A DNA stretch of 64,000 bases from Alphaproteobacteria bacterium (GCA_964291675.2 OZ219866.1:800001-864000); one strand, 5' to 3'; counted from the stretch's first letter, positions 33,519 to 44,188 are shown. The notes: a model not told the origin generated them from the sequence alone. Translations and numbers: made by a program.

Positions 33519-35213
33519 TCAGAACAGCCCTTCGATCTCGCCCGCCTCGTTGACCGTGATGCTGTTCGCCGCGGGAACCCGCGGCAGCCCGGGCATGGTC
33601 ATGATGTCGCCGCAGATCGCGACCACGAAGCCCGCGCCGTTGGCGAGCCTCGCCTCGCGGATTTGCAGATCGTGCCCCTCCGGCGCGCCGCGCAAGGCGG
33701 GATCGGCCGAGAAGCTGAGCGGGGTCTTGGCCATGCAGACCGGGAGCGTGCCGTAGCCGGCCTCCTGGTAGCCCGCGATCTGGCGCCTTACCCGGTCCGG
33801 GGCGCCGACCGTGCCGGCCTTGTAGATGTCGCGCGCGACGGTCTCGATCTTGTCCCAGAGCGGCATCTCATCGGGGTAGAGGAAGCGGAAGCCCGGGTTG
33901 GGCGCCTCCGCCGCGGCGACCACCTTCTCGGCGAGCGCCACGGCGCCGGCGCTGCCCTCGCCCCAATGGGTGCAGTCGACCGCCTCGACCCCGTACTCCG
34001 CGCAGGCCCCGGTGACCACCGCGACCTCGGCCGCGGTGTCGGCGTTGAAGTGGTTCAGCGCGACGACGACCGGGACGCCGAAGCCCTGGAGGTTCTCGAT
34101 ATGGCGCTTGAGATTGGCGACGCCGTCGCCGACGGCGGCGACGTTCTCCGCGCCGAGCGCGTCGCGCGCCACCCCGCCATGCATCTTGAGCGCGCGGATG
34201 GTCGCCACCAGCACCACCGCGTCGGGCTCGAACCCCGCCTTGCGGCACTTGATGTCGATGAATTTCTCGCCGCCCAGGTCGGAGCCGAACCCGGCCTCGG
34301 TGACGGTGTAATCGGCGAGCTTGAGCGCCGTTCTCGTGGCGGTCACCGAGTTGCAGCCATGCGCGATATTGGCGAACGGCCCGCCATGCACGAAGGCGGG
34401 CGTCTTCTCCAGCGTCTGCACCATGTTGGGCAGGATCGCCTCCTTCAGGAGCGCGGTCATCGGGCCGGGCGCCATCAGGTCGCGGGCGAAGACCGGCTCG
34501 CGGCCCCTGGTCTCGGCAACCACGATGTTGCCCAGCCGCTCTTTCAAATCGGCCAGGCTCTCGGCGAGGCAGAACACGGCCATCACCTCGGACGCCACGG
34601 TGATGTCGAACCCGTCCTCGCGCGGAAACCCGTTGGCGACGCCGCCGAGCGAGCCCACGATCGAGCGCAGCGCCCGGTCGTTGAGGTCGACCACCCGGCG
34701 CCACGAGATGCGGCGCGCGTCGATGCCCAGCGCGTTGCCCCAGTAGATGTGGTTGTCGAGCAGCGCCGACAGCAGGTTGTGGGCCGAGCCGATGGCGTGG
34801 AAATCGCCGGTGAAGTGGAGGTTGATGTCCTCCATCGGCACCACCTGGGCATAGCCGCCGCCCGCGGCGCCGCCCTTGACGCCGAAACAGGGGCCGAGGC
34901 TGGGCTCGCGCAGGCAGATCACGGTCCGCTTGCCGATCGCGTTCAGCGCGTCGCCGAGACCGACCGTCGTCGTGGTCTTGCCCTCGCCGGCCGGGGTGGG
35001 CGTCATGCCGGTGACCAGGATCAGCTTGCCGTCCGGCTTGCCGGCGAGCGTGTCGATATAGTCGAGCGAGACCTTCGCCTTGTGCGGGCCGAAGCGGTAG
35101 ACCGCCTCGTCCGGGATGTCGAGCGAGCCGGTGATCTCGGTGATTTCCGCGAGCGTGGCGGCGCGCGCGATCTCGAGGTCGGACTTGACCTCGCTGCCCA
35201 TGTTGTTGCTCAT
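33519..35213 (-). CDS. fhs: Formate--tetrahydrofolate ligase
   Basis: [43 protein letters not shown]. Confidence 0.97.
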   Translation of the reverse strand: MSNNMGSEVKSDLEIARAATLAEITEITGSLDIPDEAVYRFGPHKAKVSLDYIDTLAGKPDGKLILVTGMTPTPAGEGKTTTTVGLGDALNAIGKRTVICLREPSLGPCFGVKGGAAGGGYAQVVPMEDINLHFTGDFHAIGSAHNLLSALLDNHIYWGNALGIDARRISWRRVVDLNDRALRSIVGSLGGVANGFPREDGFDITVASEVMAVFCLAESLADLKERLGNIVVAETRGREPVFARDLMAPGPMTALLKEAILPNMVQTLEKTPAFVHGGPFANIAHGCNSVTATRTALKLADYTVTEAGFGSDLGGEKFIDIKCRKAGFEPDAVVLVATIRALKMHGGVARDALGAENVAAVGDGVANLKRHIENLQGFGVPVVVALNHFNADTAAEVAVVTGACAEYGVEAVDCTHWGEGSAGAVALAEKVVAAAEAPNPGFRFLYPDEMPLWDKIETVARDIYKAGTVGAPDRVRRQIAGYQEAGYGTLPVCMAKTPLSFSADPALRGAPEGHDLQIREARLANGAGFVVAICGDIMTMPGLPRVPAANSITVNEAGEIEGLF

Positions 35214-35355
35214 CGTGCCTCCCGATCCTGCGGCCCCGGATATTAGGGATGCGCGGCGCCGCGCAAAAGTCCGGGCGACGAATCCGGGCCTCGGCGCGCG
35301 CGGTCTGGCAGAATGGCCGGCGACGGCGCGCAACCGGAGAGCGGAGGAGCGGCAG

Positions 35356-35832
35356 ATGGCGGGACGGATCGAGGCGCGGCTTGCGGAGCTCGGCATCGTG
35401 CTGCCCGAGGCGGGGGCGCCGAAGGCGGCGAAGATCCTGACCGCCAAGATCTCGGGCGACTGGATGTATGTCTCGGGCGCGGTGCCGAAGGAGGGCGGCG
35501 AGCTCCGCTATGTCGGCAAGGTGGGGCGCGAGTTCTCGCTGGACGAGGGGCGGGCGGCGGCGCGGCTCAGCGCGCTCAACATGCTCGCCCATGCGCGCAA
35601 GGCGCTCGACGGCGACCTCGACCGGGTGCGCGACATCGTCAATGTGCGTGGATTCATCAATATCGACCCCGACTTCACCGAGATCGCCGAGACCCTGAAC
35701 GGCGCCTCGGAGGTGCTGATCGAGATCTTCGGCGAGCGCGGCCGCCACGCCCGGACCGCGGTCGGGGTGTCGGGGATGCCGTTCGGCGTCGCCATCGAGG
35801 TCGAGGCGCAGATGCGCATCGACCCGGCCTGA
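35356..35832 (+). CDS. RidA/YjgF-family protein
   Basis: [33 protein letters not shown]. Confidence 0.9.
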   Translation: MAGRIEARLAELGIVLPEAGAPKAAKILTAKISGDWMYVSGAVPKEGGELRYVGKVGREFSLDEGRAAARLSALNMLAHARKALDGDLDRVRDIVNVRGFINIDPDFTEIAETLNGASEVLIEIFGERGRHARTAVGVSGMPFGVAIEVEAQMRIDPA

Positions 35833-35897
35833 GCGGCTTGCAAGCGCGGCCGGGCTGGGCCACGATCCGTCAGCGCAAGGCCGAAGGAGGTCCCGTC

Positions 35898-36446
35898 ATG
35901 CAGCGCGTCAAGCACGAGGTCCCGGGCGCCTACCGGGACATGACCATCGACGAGCTGGCCGAGCGCCAGGTGGTGCGCTACGGCGAGCTGGAGCCCGACT
36001 GGGACGCCTTCGCGGACTCGCAGATCGAGGGCCGGCGCCGGGCGCAGTTCCGCCTGATCGGCGTCGGCGGGTCCGGCAAGGAGGACCCGCACGCCTTGCC
36101 GGCGGGCGGGTTCACGCTGTCGATGCTGATAATCCCGCCGGGCCAGGGCGGCTCCGCCCACACCCACGAGGTGGAGGAGGCGTTCTTCGTGCTGGAGGGC
36201 GAGCTCACGGTGTTCTTCCAGGACGAGACCGGGCGCCAGGCCGGGACCGTGCTCCGCCCCTACGAGGTCGCGCTGTGCCCGGCCGGCATCCCGCACGGCT
36301 TCGTGAACGAGGGCGACCGGGACGCGCTGATCCAGATCATGATCGGCAGCGGCGAGCCCGGCCCGATCGGCTTCGTCGACGACGACATCTATCGCGAGGA
36401 GGTCGACCGGCTGACCTCGCGCGGCCGCGCGGTGGCGGCGGAGTAG
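35898..36446 (+). CDS. Cupin domain protein
   Basis: AHTHEVEEAFFVLEG, PAGIPHGF; AAGGAGG RBS. Confidence 0.87.
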   Translation: MQRVKHEVPGAYRDMTIDELAERQVVRYGELEPDWDAFADSQIEGRRRAQFRLIGVGGSGKEDPHALPAGGFTLSMLIIPPGQGGSAHTHEVEEAFFVLEGELTVFFQDETGRQAGTVLRPYEVALCPAGIPHGFVNEGDRDALIQIMIGSGEPGPIGFVDDDIYREEVDRLTSRGRAVAAE

Positions 36447-36464
36447 GACGCTCCCGAGGGCGCG

Positions 36465-37460
36465 ATGACGGCCGAGCAGGTCCCGCTGATCGACATCTCC
36501 GGCTTCGAGACCGGGGATGCCGCGGCCAGGCGGCGCATCGCCGGCGCGGTGGCCGAGGCGGTCGAGGGGATCGGCTTTTTCTCGGTCGCCGGGCACGGCG
36601 TCGATCCGGCGCTGATGCGGCGCATGGCCGGGCGCTGCGCCGCCTTCTTCGACCTGCCCGAGCCGGCCAAGCGGCGCCATGCCAACCCGGCGCGCAACAT
36701 CAACCGGGGCTACGTGCCGCTCGGCGACGAGTTCGTCGCTGCCTCGCAGGGCGACGCCACGCCGCCGGACTACCGCGAGGCGCTCGCCTTCGGCCGCTTC
36801 GACCTGCCGGACGACCCCTATTACCGGCGGCCCGAGGCGGCCTACGCCTACGAGCCCAATATCTGGCCCGACGGGGTGGCGGGGCTGGGCGGGACGGTGC
36901 GCGAATACTACGCCGCGCTGGAGGGGCTCAACCGCCGCCTGCTCGGCATCTTCGCCGCCGCGCTCGGCATCGACGCGCAGTATTTCCTCGACCGCTTCGA
37001 CCGCCATGCCAGCGTGCTGCGGGCGATCAACTACCCCGACCAGGACGAGCCGCCGGCGCCGGGCCAGCTGCGCTGCGGCGCGCACTCGGATTTCGGCACC
37101 CACACGCTGCTGCAGATCGACGACGCGCCGGGCGGGCTGCAGGCGCGGGCGCGCGACGGCTCGTGGGTCGACGTGAGCCCGCCTTCCGGCTCCTTCGTGG
37201 TCAATATCGGCGACCTGATGATGGTGTGGACCAACGACCGCTGGCTGTCCAACCTGCACCGGGTGGTCAACCCGCCGGAAGGGGCCGGCGGCGCCAGGCG
37301 CCAGTCGATCGCCTTCTTCGTCCAGCCCAACTACGACGCCCGGATCGCCTGCATCCCGACCTGCCTGGCCGCGGGGGAGGCGCCGCGCCACGCCCCGGTC
37401 ACCGCCTGGGAGTACCGCCACGCCAGGCTCAGCCGGACCGCACCCGCGCACAACGCGTGA
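36465..37460 (+). CDS. 2-oxoglutarate/Fe(II) dioxygenase, isopenicillin N synthase-like
   Basis: PLIDIS, HSDFG, NIGD, HRV, RQSIAFF. Confidence 0.92.
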   Translation: MTAEQVPLIDISGFETGDAAARRRIAGAVAEAVEGIGFFSVAGHGVDPALMRRMAGRCAAFFDLPEPAKRRHANPARNINRGYVPLGDEFVAASQGDATPPDYREALAFGRFDLPDDPYYRRPEAAYAYEPNIWPDGVAGLGGTVREYYAALEGLNRRLLGIFAAALGIDAQYFLDRFDRHASVLRAINYPDQDEPPAPGQLRCGAHSDFGTHTLLQIDDAPGGLQARARDGSWVDVSPPSGSFVVNIGDLMMVWTNDRWLSNLHRVVNPPEGAGGARRQSIAFFVQPNYDARIACIPTCLAAGEAPRHAPVTAWEYRHARLSRTAPAHNA

Positions 37461-37466
37461 GCCGCC

Positions 37467-38276
37467 CTACTTGCCGAGCTCGGCCACGCGCGCCTCGATG
37501 CGCTGCAGCGCGTCGCGCGCGGCGGCGGCCTCCTCGCGGATGGATCTCAGCGTGTCCTCGCCGTCGCCGAGCGAGACCTCGACGCGCGCGTCCTGCAGAT
37601 TGTTGATCACCACCGCGATCACCAGGTTGATCATGATCACGGCGGCCAGCATGACGAAGCTGACGAAGAACAGCCACGCCATCGGGTGGAGCTCCATCGC
37701 GACATACATCACGTCGGTCCAGTCCTCCAGCGTCATCACCCGGAACAGGGTGAGCAGCCCGATGCCGAGCGAGCGCCAATGCGTCGGGTCGTGGTCGCGG
37801 AACAGATGCACACCGGCGACCGCGTAGACGTAGTACAGCACCGAGAGCAGCAGCATCACGTTGCCGAGCCCGGGGAGCGAGCGGATCAGGGTGGCGATGA
37901 TGAGCCGGAGCTGGGGCAGCACGGTCGCCACCCGGAGCACCCGGAGCAGCCGGGCGAGCCGGGCGATCAGCGCGAAGTCGCCGGTCTCGGGCAGGAAGGC
38001 GAGCACCAGCACGGTGAAGTCGAACAGGTTCCAGCCGTCGCCGAAATAGCGCCCGAAGCGCGGCGCGACGGCGGTGAGCTTGACCGCCGCCTCGACCACG
38101 AACGCCGCCAGCGCCACGTCATAGGCGATCAGGATGGCGGCGCCGAAGCGCGCCCCGAGCGCCTCGCTGGTCTCGATGCCGAGCCCGACCGCGGTCGCCA
38201 GGATCATGGCCACGATCGCGATGTTGAAGGCGCGCGTCTCGACGATGCGCGCGCAGCTTCGGGTCAGTGGATTCAT
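37467..38276 (-). CDS. Prokaryotic voltage-gated cation channel (BacNav-like ion transporter)
   Basis: WNLFDF, S4 RLARLLRVLR, pore filter TLEDWTD, C-terminal coiled coil. Confidence 0.92.
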   Translation of the reverse strand: MNPLTRSCARIVETRAFNIAIVAMILATAVGLGIETSEALGARFGAAILIAYDVALAAFVVEAAVKLTAVAPRFGRYFGDGWNLFDFTVLVLAFLPETGDFALIARLARLLRVLRVATVLPQLRLIIATLIRSLPGLGNVMLLLSVLYYVYAVAGVHLFRDHDPTHWRSLGIGLLTLFRVMTLEDWTDVMYVAMELHPMAWLFFVSFVMLAAVIMINLVIAVVINNLQDARVEVSLGDGEDTLRSIREEAAAARDALQRIEARVAELGK

Positions 38277-38364
38277 CCGAGCAAGCTCCCGTCCTGAAAC
38301 GCGGCCGCTTCATCGCCCAGAGCGGCGGAGTCCGCAAGCACCGCGCGCCGGGACGGCCGCCCCC

Positions 38365-39696
38365 TCACTTGCCGATGCAGAAATCTCGGAAGATGGCGTC
38401 GAGCACGTCCTCGACCCCGACCCGCCCGGTGAGCCGCCCGAGCGCGGCGGCGGCGGCGCGCAGGTCCTCGGCGCGGAGCTCGGGGATGTCCTGTCCTTGC
38501 GCCCGATCCAGCGCGGCGAGGCAGGTTTCGAGCGCGAGCCGGTGGCGCAGCCGGGTCGGCACCGGCGCGGCGCCCGAGGCGGTGCGTTCCGCGACGGCGT
38601 CCGCGAGGCGCGCGATCACCTCCGCGAGCCCGTCCCCGGTGCGCACCGAGAGGGCGGTCGCGGGCCGGCCGGCGATGCGGGCGGGCGGCGGGGTTGCGCG
38701 GAGGTCGGTCTTGTTGAGCGCGACCAGCGCGTCGCCGTCGATCAGCCGGGCGAGCGCGGCGTCGGGCTCGGGGTCGCGCGCGTCGAGCATCACCAGGCGG
38801 AGATCGGCGTCGTCCGCGCGCGCCAGCGCGCGGCGGATGCCCTCGGCCTCGACGGCGCCCGCCGCCTCGCGCAGCCCGGCGGTGTCGATCACCGTCGCCG
38901 GCAGCCCGCCGAGGTCGAGATGGATCTCGATCGCATCGCGCGTCGTCCCGGCCTCCTCCGCCACGATCGCCGCCTCGCGCCGGGCGAGGGCGTTGACCAG
39001 GCTCGACTTGCCGACATTGGGCGGGCCGAGCACGGCGACCGCGACGCCGTCGCGCAGCCGCTCGCCCCGCCTGGCGTCGCCGAGATGGCGGGCGACCTCG
39101 CGGGCGAGCCCGGCGACGGTCTCCGCGATCCGCGCTTCGGCCTCCGGCGGCAGATCCTCGTCGGGGAAGTCGATGAAGGCTTCGAGATGGGCCAGCGCGC
39201 CGACCAGAAGCTCGCGCCAGGATTCGTACAGCGCGGCCAGCGCGCCGCCCGCCTGGCGCCGCGCCTGGCGGCGCTGCGCCTCGGTCTCGGCGTCGACCAG
39301 ATCGGCGATCGCCTCGACCTGGGTGAGGTCGAGCTTGCCGGCGGCGAAGGCGCGGCGGGTGAAGTCGCCGGGCCCGGCCGGCACCAGCCCGTCGATGCGC
39401 CCGAGCGCGAGCCCCACCGCCTCGATCACCGCCCGCCCGCCATGGACGTGCAGCTCGGCCATGTCCTCGCCGGTATAGCTCGCCGGGCCCGGGAACCACA
39501 GCGCGAGCCCGTCATCGATCACCTCGCCGGTCGCGGGCTCGGTGATGTCCACCCGCATCGCCCGCCGGGGCGCCGGGTCGGCGAGCCCGGTCAGGCGTTC
39601 GAGCGCGGCACCGGCGGCGGGGCCCGAGACCCGGAACACCGCGATCGCAGCCCGCCCCCGCGCGGTCGACAGCGCAAACACGGTGGTAACGCTCAC
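38365..39696 (-). CDS. mnmE: tRNA modification GTPase MnmE
   Basis: SYTGED, HGG, GPPNVGKSS, GTTRD, DTAG, NKTD, FCIGK; GTG start inferred. Confidence 0.96.
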   Translation of the reverse strand: MSVTTVFALSTARGRAAIAVFRVSGPAAGAALERLTGLADPAPRRAMRVDITEPATGEVIDDGLALWFPGPASYTGEDMAELHVHGGRAVIEAVGLALGRIDGLVPAGPGDFTRRAFAAGKLDLTQVEAIADLVDAETEAQRRQARRQAGGALAALYESWRELLVGALAHLEAFIDFPDEDLPPEAEARIAETVAGLAREVARHLGDARRGERLRDGVAVAVLGPPNVGKSSLVNALARREAAIVAEEAGTTRDAIEIHLDLGGLPATVIDTAGLREAAGAVEAEGIRRALARADDADLRLVMLDARDPEPDAALARLIDGDALVALNKTDLRATPPPARIAGRPATALSVRTGDGLAEVIARLADAVAERTASGAAPVPTRLRHRLALETCLAALDRAQGQDIPELRAEDLRAAAAALGRLTGRVGVEDVLDAIFRDFCIGK

Positions 39697-39714
39697 CGGC
39701 CGCACCCGCCATGG

Positions 39715-39743
39715 TTGACGGGCCGCCATGCATCGGGGAGAAT
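39715..39743 (+). promoter_or_regulatory. Putative sigma70 promoter of coiled-coil gene (TTGACG-N17-GAGAAT), possibly leaderless
   Basis: Consensus-like spacing; ATG 7 nt after -10; conserved in second copy (TTGACG...GAGACT). Confidence 0.45.
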
Positions 39744-39749
39744 CCGCGC

Positions 39750-40043
39750 ATGACGGTAGAGATCGGCGGCTTCATCGGCCTCGCCGCCCTGATGGTGGCA
39801 CTCTTCGCGTGGATGCGCCTGGACGTCAGGACGCTGCGCGAGGAAATGCGCCAGATGGAGGCGCGCATCGGCGACCGCTTCGAGCGGCTGGAGGCGCGTA
39901 TCAACGACCGCTTCGAGCGACTGGAGGCGCGGGTTGCGGCCATAGAAATGCGGCTCGCCGCGGTGGAGCACGGCCAGGCCAAGCTGGAAGGGCTGCTCGA
40001 AGGGTTGCGCGAGGCCATCGCCGGCCGCACCCCCGCAGAGTAG
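39750..40043 (+). CDS. Small membrane-anchored coiled-coil protein, copy 1
   Basis: TM FIGLAALMVALFAW; 11-aa repeats EARIGDRFERL/EARINDRFERL; ends QAKLEGLLEGLREAI. Confidence 0.78.
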   Translation: MTVEIGGFIGLAALMVALFAWMRLDVRTLREEMRQMEARIGDRFERLEARINDRFERLEARVAAIEMRLAAVEHGQAKLEGLLEGLREAIAGRTPAE

Positions 40044-40159
40044 CGGAAGCCCGGCCTCTCCCCCGCCGTCCGCGTCGCGCGGGGACGCGAACGGCACACC
40101 GGCCGCCCCCTTGCCTCGTGGAACCGCCTCGCCGAAGAGGCCGGGAATTCGCCCGCGCG

Positions 40160-40292
40160 CGAACCCGACCGCCTCGATCGCCGCCCGCCCGCCATGGACG
40201 TGCGGCTCGGCCATGTCCTCGCCGGTCGCGGGCTCGCGGATCGCACCCCGCCCCCGCGCGGCCAACAGCGCGAACACGGTGGTAACGCTCAC
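40160..40292 (-). pseudogene. Internally deleted duplicate of the mnmE 5' end
   Basis: Translates VSVTTVFALLAARGRGAI/REPATGEDMAEPHVHGGRAAIEAVG, collinear with the MnmE N-terminus with two gaps. Confidence 0.85.
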
Positions 40293-40345
40293 CGGTCGCA
40301 CCCGCCACGGTTGACGGCCCGCCATGCATCGGGGAGACTCGTCGC

Positions 40346-40735
40346 ATGACGGTCGAGATCGCCGGCTTCATCGGCCTCGCCGCCCTGATGGTGGCTCTCT
40401 TCGCGTGGATGCACCTGGACATCAGGGCCCTGCGCGAAGAGGTACGCGGGGACTTGAAGGCGCTGCGCGAAGAAATGCGCGGGGACTTGAAGGCGTTGCG
40501 CGAAGAGATGCGCGAGGACTTGCGCCGCCTGGAGGCGCGGCTCGCCGGCGTGGAGCACGGCCAGGCGAAGCTCGAAGAGCGGTTCTCGGCGGTGGAAAGG
40601 ACTCTCGCCGCGCTGGAACGCGGCCAGGCCAGGCTGGAAACGCGGCTCACCGCGGCGGAGCACAGCCAAGCCTAGTTCGAAGAACTGCTCGAAGGGCTGC
40701 GCGAGGCCATCGCCGGCCGCGCCGTCGCGGCGTAG
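40346..40735 (+). pseudogene. Coiled-coil protein copy 2 with premature TAG at 40673-40675 (109-aa ORF; homology continues to stop at 40735)
   Basis: Aligns with copy 1; AAG(K)->TAG, followed by FEELLEGLREAIAGR. Confidence 0.72.
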
Positions 40736-40852
40736 CGGAAGCCCGGCCTCTCCCCCGCCGTCCGCGTCGCGCACCGCCGCCACGCCGCCGCCTTGCGCGC
40801 GCGGGGACGACGGCGGCACACTGGCCGCCCCCTCGCCTCGTGGAACCGGCCG

Positions 40853-42865
40853 ATGAACCGCCTCGCCGAAGAGACCAGCCCGTATCTGTTGCAGCATGCC
40901 GACAACCCGGTCCACTGGCACCCCTGGGGCCCGGAGGCGCTCGCCCGGGCGAAGGCGGAGAACAAGCCGATCCTGCTCTCGATCGGCTACGCCGCCTGCC
41001 ACTGGTGCCATGTGATGGCGCATGAGAGCTTCGAGAACGACGCGATCGCCGACCAGATGAACCGCTACTTCGTCAACGTCAAGGTGGATCGCGAGGAGCG
41101 CCCGGACATCGACACCATCTACATGCAGGCGCTGCACATGATGGGCCAGCAGGGCGGCTGGCCGCTGACCATGTTCCTCACCCCGGACGGCGAGCCGTTC
41201 TGGGGCGGCACCTATTTCCCGCCGACCGGGCGCTGGGGGAGGCCGGGCTTCGCCGACGTGCTGGAGGGGCTCGCCAAGGTGTGGCGCGAGACCCCGGAGA
41301 AGGCGGGCGAGGCGGCGGAGACCCTGCGCGAGCGCATCGCCGGGCTCGGCCGGGCCGAGGCGGGGGCGCATATCCCGGTCCGGGTCAACGACGAGGCCGC
41401 GCACCGCATCGCCGGCCAGTTCGACATGAAGGAGGGCGGGCTCGGCACGGCGCCCAAATTCCCCAACCCGAGCGTGCTCCAGCTCCTGTGGCGGGCTTAC
41501 CTCAGGAACGGCGACACCGCCGCGCGCGACGCCGTCCTGCTCACCCTCGACAAGATGAGCCAGGGCGGGATCTACGACCATCTCGGCGGCGGCTACGCGC
41601 GCTACTCGACCGACGCGCGCTGGCTGGTGCCGCATTTCGAGAAGATGCTGTACGACAACGCGCAGCTCCTCGACCTGCTGACCGCCGCCTGGAAGGAGAC
41701 CGCAAGCCCGCTCTACGAGGCGCGCATCCGCGAGACCGTGGGCTGGGTCCTGCGCGAGATGATCGCCGAGGGCGGCGGGTTCGCCGCCACGCTCGATGCC
41801 GACTCCGAGGGCGAGGAGGGCAAGTTCTACGTCTGGACGGAAGCCGGGATCGACGCCGCGCTCGGGACCGACGCGGCGCTGTTCAAGGCGGCCTATGACG
41901 TGAGCGCGGACGGCAACTGGGAGGGCAAGGCGATCCTCCACCGCAACCACGGCGCGGGGCCGTTCGACGCGACCCACGAGGCGCGGCTCGCGGCCTGCCG
42001 ACAAACCCTGCTGGAGCTCAGGGCGGAGCGCATCCGCCCGGGCTGGGACGACAAGGTGCTCGCCGACTGGAACGGGCTGATGATCGCGGCGATGGCGAAC
42101 GCGGCCGCGGTGTTCGGCGAACCGGATTGGCTGGAAGCGGCCCGGACGGCGTACCGCTTCGTCGCGGAGACGATGCAGGCGGATGGCAGGCTGTTCCACG
42201 CGCACCGCGACGGCAGGACGAAGCACGCCGCCACCCTCGACGACTACGCGGCGATGGCCGGCGCCGCGCTCGCGCTCAACGAGGTGACCGGAGACGCGTC
42301 CTGCCTCGCCCAGGCGGAGGCCTGGGTGGCGGCGCTCGATGCGCATTACTGGGACGCGGCGGAGGGCGGCTATTTCCTCACCGCGGACGACGCCGAGGCG
42401 CTGATCGTCCGCACCAAGTCGGCCGACGACGACGCGACTCCGTCGGGCAACGGGCTCGCCGCCGAGGTGCTGGCGCGGCTCGCCCTGGTGACCGGCGAGA
42501 CGCGCTACCGCGACCGCGCCGAGGCGCTGATCGCCGCCTTCTCAGGCCAGATCGGGCGCAACTTCTTCCCGCTGGCGACGCTGATGAACGCGAGCGAGAT
42601 GCTGCTCGAAGGCGCGCAGGTCGTCGTCGCCGGCGCGCGCGGGGAAGACGACACCGAGGCGCTGCTCCGCGCCGCGTTCCGCACCCCCGCCGTGGCGCGG
42701 GCGATCGCCGTGGTCGAGCCGGGGACGGAGCTCCCCCGCTCCCACCCGGCGCACGGCAAGGGCCGGGTCGACGGACGGGCGGCCGCCTATGTCTGCGTCG
42801 GCCAGACCTGCTCGCTGCCGGCAACCGACGCCGAGGGGCTGCGCGCGGCGATGGCGCGGGGGTAG
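40853..42865 (+). CDS. Thioredoxin-domain protein, YyaL/SPATA20 family
   Basis: [45 protein letters not shown]. Confidence 0.95.
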   Translation: MNRLAEETSPYLLQHADNPVHWHPWGPEALARAKAENKPILLSIGYAACHWCHVMAHESFENDAIADQMNRYFVNVKVDREERPDIDTIYMQALHMMGQQGGWPLTMFLTPDGEPFWGGTYFPPTGRWGRPGFADVLEGLAKVWRETPEKAGEAAETLRERIAGLGRAEAGAHIPVRVNDEAAHRIAGQFDMKEGGLGTAPKFPNPSVLQLLWRAYLRNGDTAARDAVLLTLDKMSQGGIYDHLGGGYARYSTDARWLVPHFEKMLYDNAQLLDLLTAAWKETASPLYEARIRETVGWVLREMIAEGGGFAATLDADSEGEEGKFYVWTEAGIDAALGTDAALFKAAYDVSADGNWEGKAILHRNHGAGPFDATHEARLAACRQTLLELRAERIRPGWDDKVLADWNGLMIAAMANAAAVFGEPDWLEAARTAYRFVAETMQADGRLFHAHRDGRTKHAATLDDYAAMAGAALALNEVTGDASCLAQAEAWVAALDAHYWDAAEGGYFLTADDAEALIVRTKSADDDATPSGNGLAAEVLARLALVTGETRYRDRAEALIAAFSGQIGRNFFPLATLMNASEMLLEGAQVVVAGARGEDDTEALLRAAFRTPAVARAIAVVEPGTELPRSHPAHGKGRVDGRAAAYVCVGQTCSLPATDAEGLRAAMARG

Positions 42866-42897
42866 GGCAATGCGGCGGACGGTCGACATTGAAGAAA

Positions 42898-42915
42898 TAT
42901 AGTGAAACCGCTATA
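42898..42915. promoter_or_regulatory. Putative TA operator TATAG-N8-CTATA
   Basis: AT-rich inverted repeat immediately upstream of the toxin ATG. Confidence 0.55.
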
Positions 42916-42922
42916 GAGTTGC

Positions 42923-43291
42923 ATGAGCGCGGCGACACTGAAGCCCGTCGCGTGGGTCGGCTCCAGTCGGGAGGATGTGAGGCGGTTTCCGAGCCCGGTG
43001 CAGGATAGGGTCGGCTTTGCGCTTTACCAGGCCCAGATCGGCCGCAAGCATCGCGATGCCAAGCCGCTCAAAGGGCTCGGCTCCGGCGTGCTCGAAGTGG
43101 TCGCCCGCCATGACGGAGACACGTTCAGGGCGGTCGATGCTGTCCGCTTCCATGCGGCAGTCTATGTCCTGCACGCGTTCCGCAAGAAGGCCAGGCGGGG
43201 GATCGCAACGCCGAAGCTGGATATCGCGTCGATCCGGCGGCGGCTCGCGGCGGCGAAGCGGCACTACCGCGATCTTCATTCCGGAGGATGA
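42923..43291 (+). CDS. RelE/HigB-like toxin (Gp49/COG4679 type)
   Basis: WVGSSRED...KPLKGLGSGVLE...VYVLHAF.KK...IATPK. Confidence 0.88.
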   Translation: MSAATLKPVAWVGSSREDVRRFPSPVQDRVGFALYQAQIGRKHRDAKPLKGLGSGVLEVVARHDGDTFRAVDAVRFHAAVYVLHAFRKKARRGIATPKLDIASIRRRLAAAKRHYRDLHSGG

Positions 43292-43295
43292 GACG

Positions 43296-43634
43296 ATGGA
43301 CGGCACGGAAAGCACGGTGGAGCGCGGATCGGGCAACGTGTTCGCCGATCTCGGCCATCCCGATGCGGAGATCCACCTGGTGAAGGCGGAGCTGGTGTCG
43401 CGCATCGACGGGATCGTCCGCCGGCGCGGCCTCAAGCAGGTCGAGGCGGCAAGGCTGCTCGGCCTGTCCCAGCCGGACGTGTCGCGCCTGCTGCGGGGAG
43501 ACTTTCGCGAATACTCGGTCGACCGCCTGCTGCGCCTGCTCACGGCGCTCGGGCGCGACGTGGAGATCGTCATCCGCCGGCCCCGGTCGCGGCGGCCCGG
43601 GAGGCTGAGCGTCGAGGCCGGCGGGGCGCGATGA
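43296..43634 (+). CDS. XRE/HTH_37 antitoxin
   Basis: GSGNVFADLG, QPDVSRLLRG, LGRDVEI. Confidence 0.9.
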   Translation: MDGTESTVERGSGNVFADLGHPDAEIHLVKAELVSRIDGIVRRRGLKQVEAARLLGLSQPDVSRLLRGDFREYSVDRLLRLLTALGRDVEIVIRRPRSRRPGRLSVEAGGAR

Positions 43635-43652
43635 GACCGCCGGGGTAGGGCG

Positions 43653-44111
43653 GTGCAGCGGACGGTCGAATCCCCGCTCGGCCCGCTGACGCTGGTCGCC
43701 GCGGACGGCGCGCTCACGGCGCTGCGCTGGGGGCGGGCGGGGCGCGAGGACGAGTCCAACCTGCTGATGCACGCGGCCGCCGCGCTCGCCGCCTATTTCG
43801 CCGGCGAGCGGCTCGACTTCGACCTTCCCGTGGCACCGGAGGGGACGGCGCACGACCTCGCGGTGTGGCGGGCGATGCAGCGCATCCCGGCGGGCGAGAC
43901 CCGGACATACGGCGCGGTCGCCCTAAAAATCCGCTCAAGCCCGCGCGCGGTGGGCACCGCCTGCGGCCGCAACCCGATCCCGATCGTCATCCCCTGCCAC
44001 CGTATCGTCGCCGCCGGCGGCGCGTTCGGCGGGTATTCGGGTCAGGGCGGGGTCGAGACCAAGCGGTATCTGCTGCGGCTGGAGGGGGTGGGGATGAAGG
44101 GAGGCGCGTAG
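43653..44111 (+). CDS. ogt: Methylated-DNA--protein-cysteine methyltransferase
   Basis: SPLG, IPAGETRTYG, RAVG.AC..NP..IVIPCHR. Confidence 0.92.
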   Translation: MQRTVESPLGPLTLVAADGALTALRWGRAGREDESNLLMHAAAALAAYFAGERLDFDLPVAPEGTAHDLAVWRAMQRIPAGETRTYGAVALKIRSSPRAVGTACGRNPIPIVIPCHRIVAAGGAFGGYSGQGGVETKRYLLRLEGVGMKGGA

Positions 44112-44153
44112 GACGGACGCCAAGGGAAGAGAGCTTACGAAGAAAACATGCTG

Positions 44154-44182
44154 TTGACAGCATATGTAGTTTAATACATAGT
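44154..44182 (+). promoter_or_regulatory. sigma70 promoter (TTGACA-N17-CATAGT) overlapped by operator TATGTA-N6-TACATA (44163-44180)
   Basis: Perfect -35 box and inverted repeat upstream of TA operon. Confidence 0.65.
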
Positions 44183-44188
44183 CTCCCG

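Larger units (their letters stand above)
39411..40872. repeat. Diverged tandem duplication (units about 39411-40139 and 40160-40872) containing mnmE 5' end, coiled-coil gene and yyaL 5' end
   Basis: Near-identical blocks, e.g. aacacggtggtaacgctcaccgg, ggcttcatcggcctcgccgccctgatggtggc and tagcggaagcccggcctctcccccgccgtccgcgtcgcgc each occur twice about 600-690 bp apart. Confidence 0.9.

Noticed and set aside
39693-40325. 210-aa MnmE-like ORF as a functional gene
   Set aside because: Only the first part is a deleted mnmE duplicate; the rest is antisense to the coiled-coil gene.
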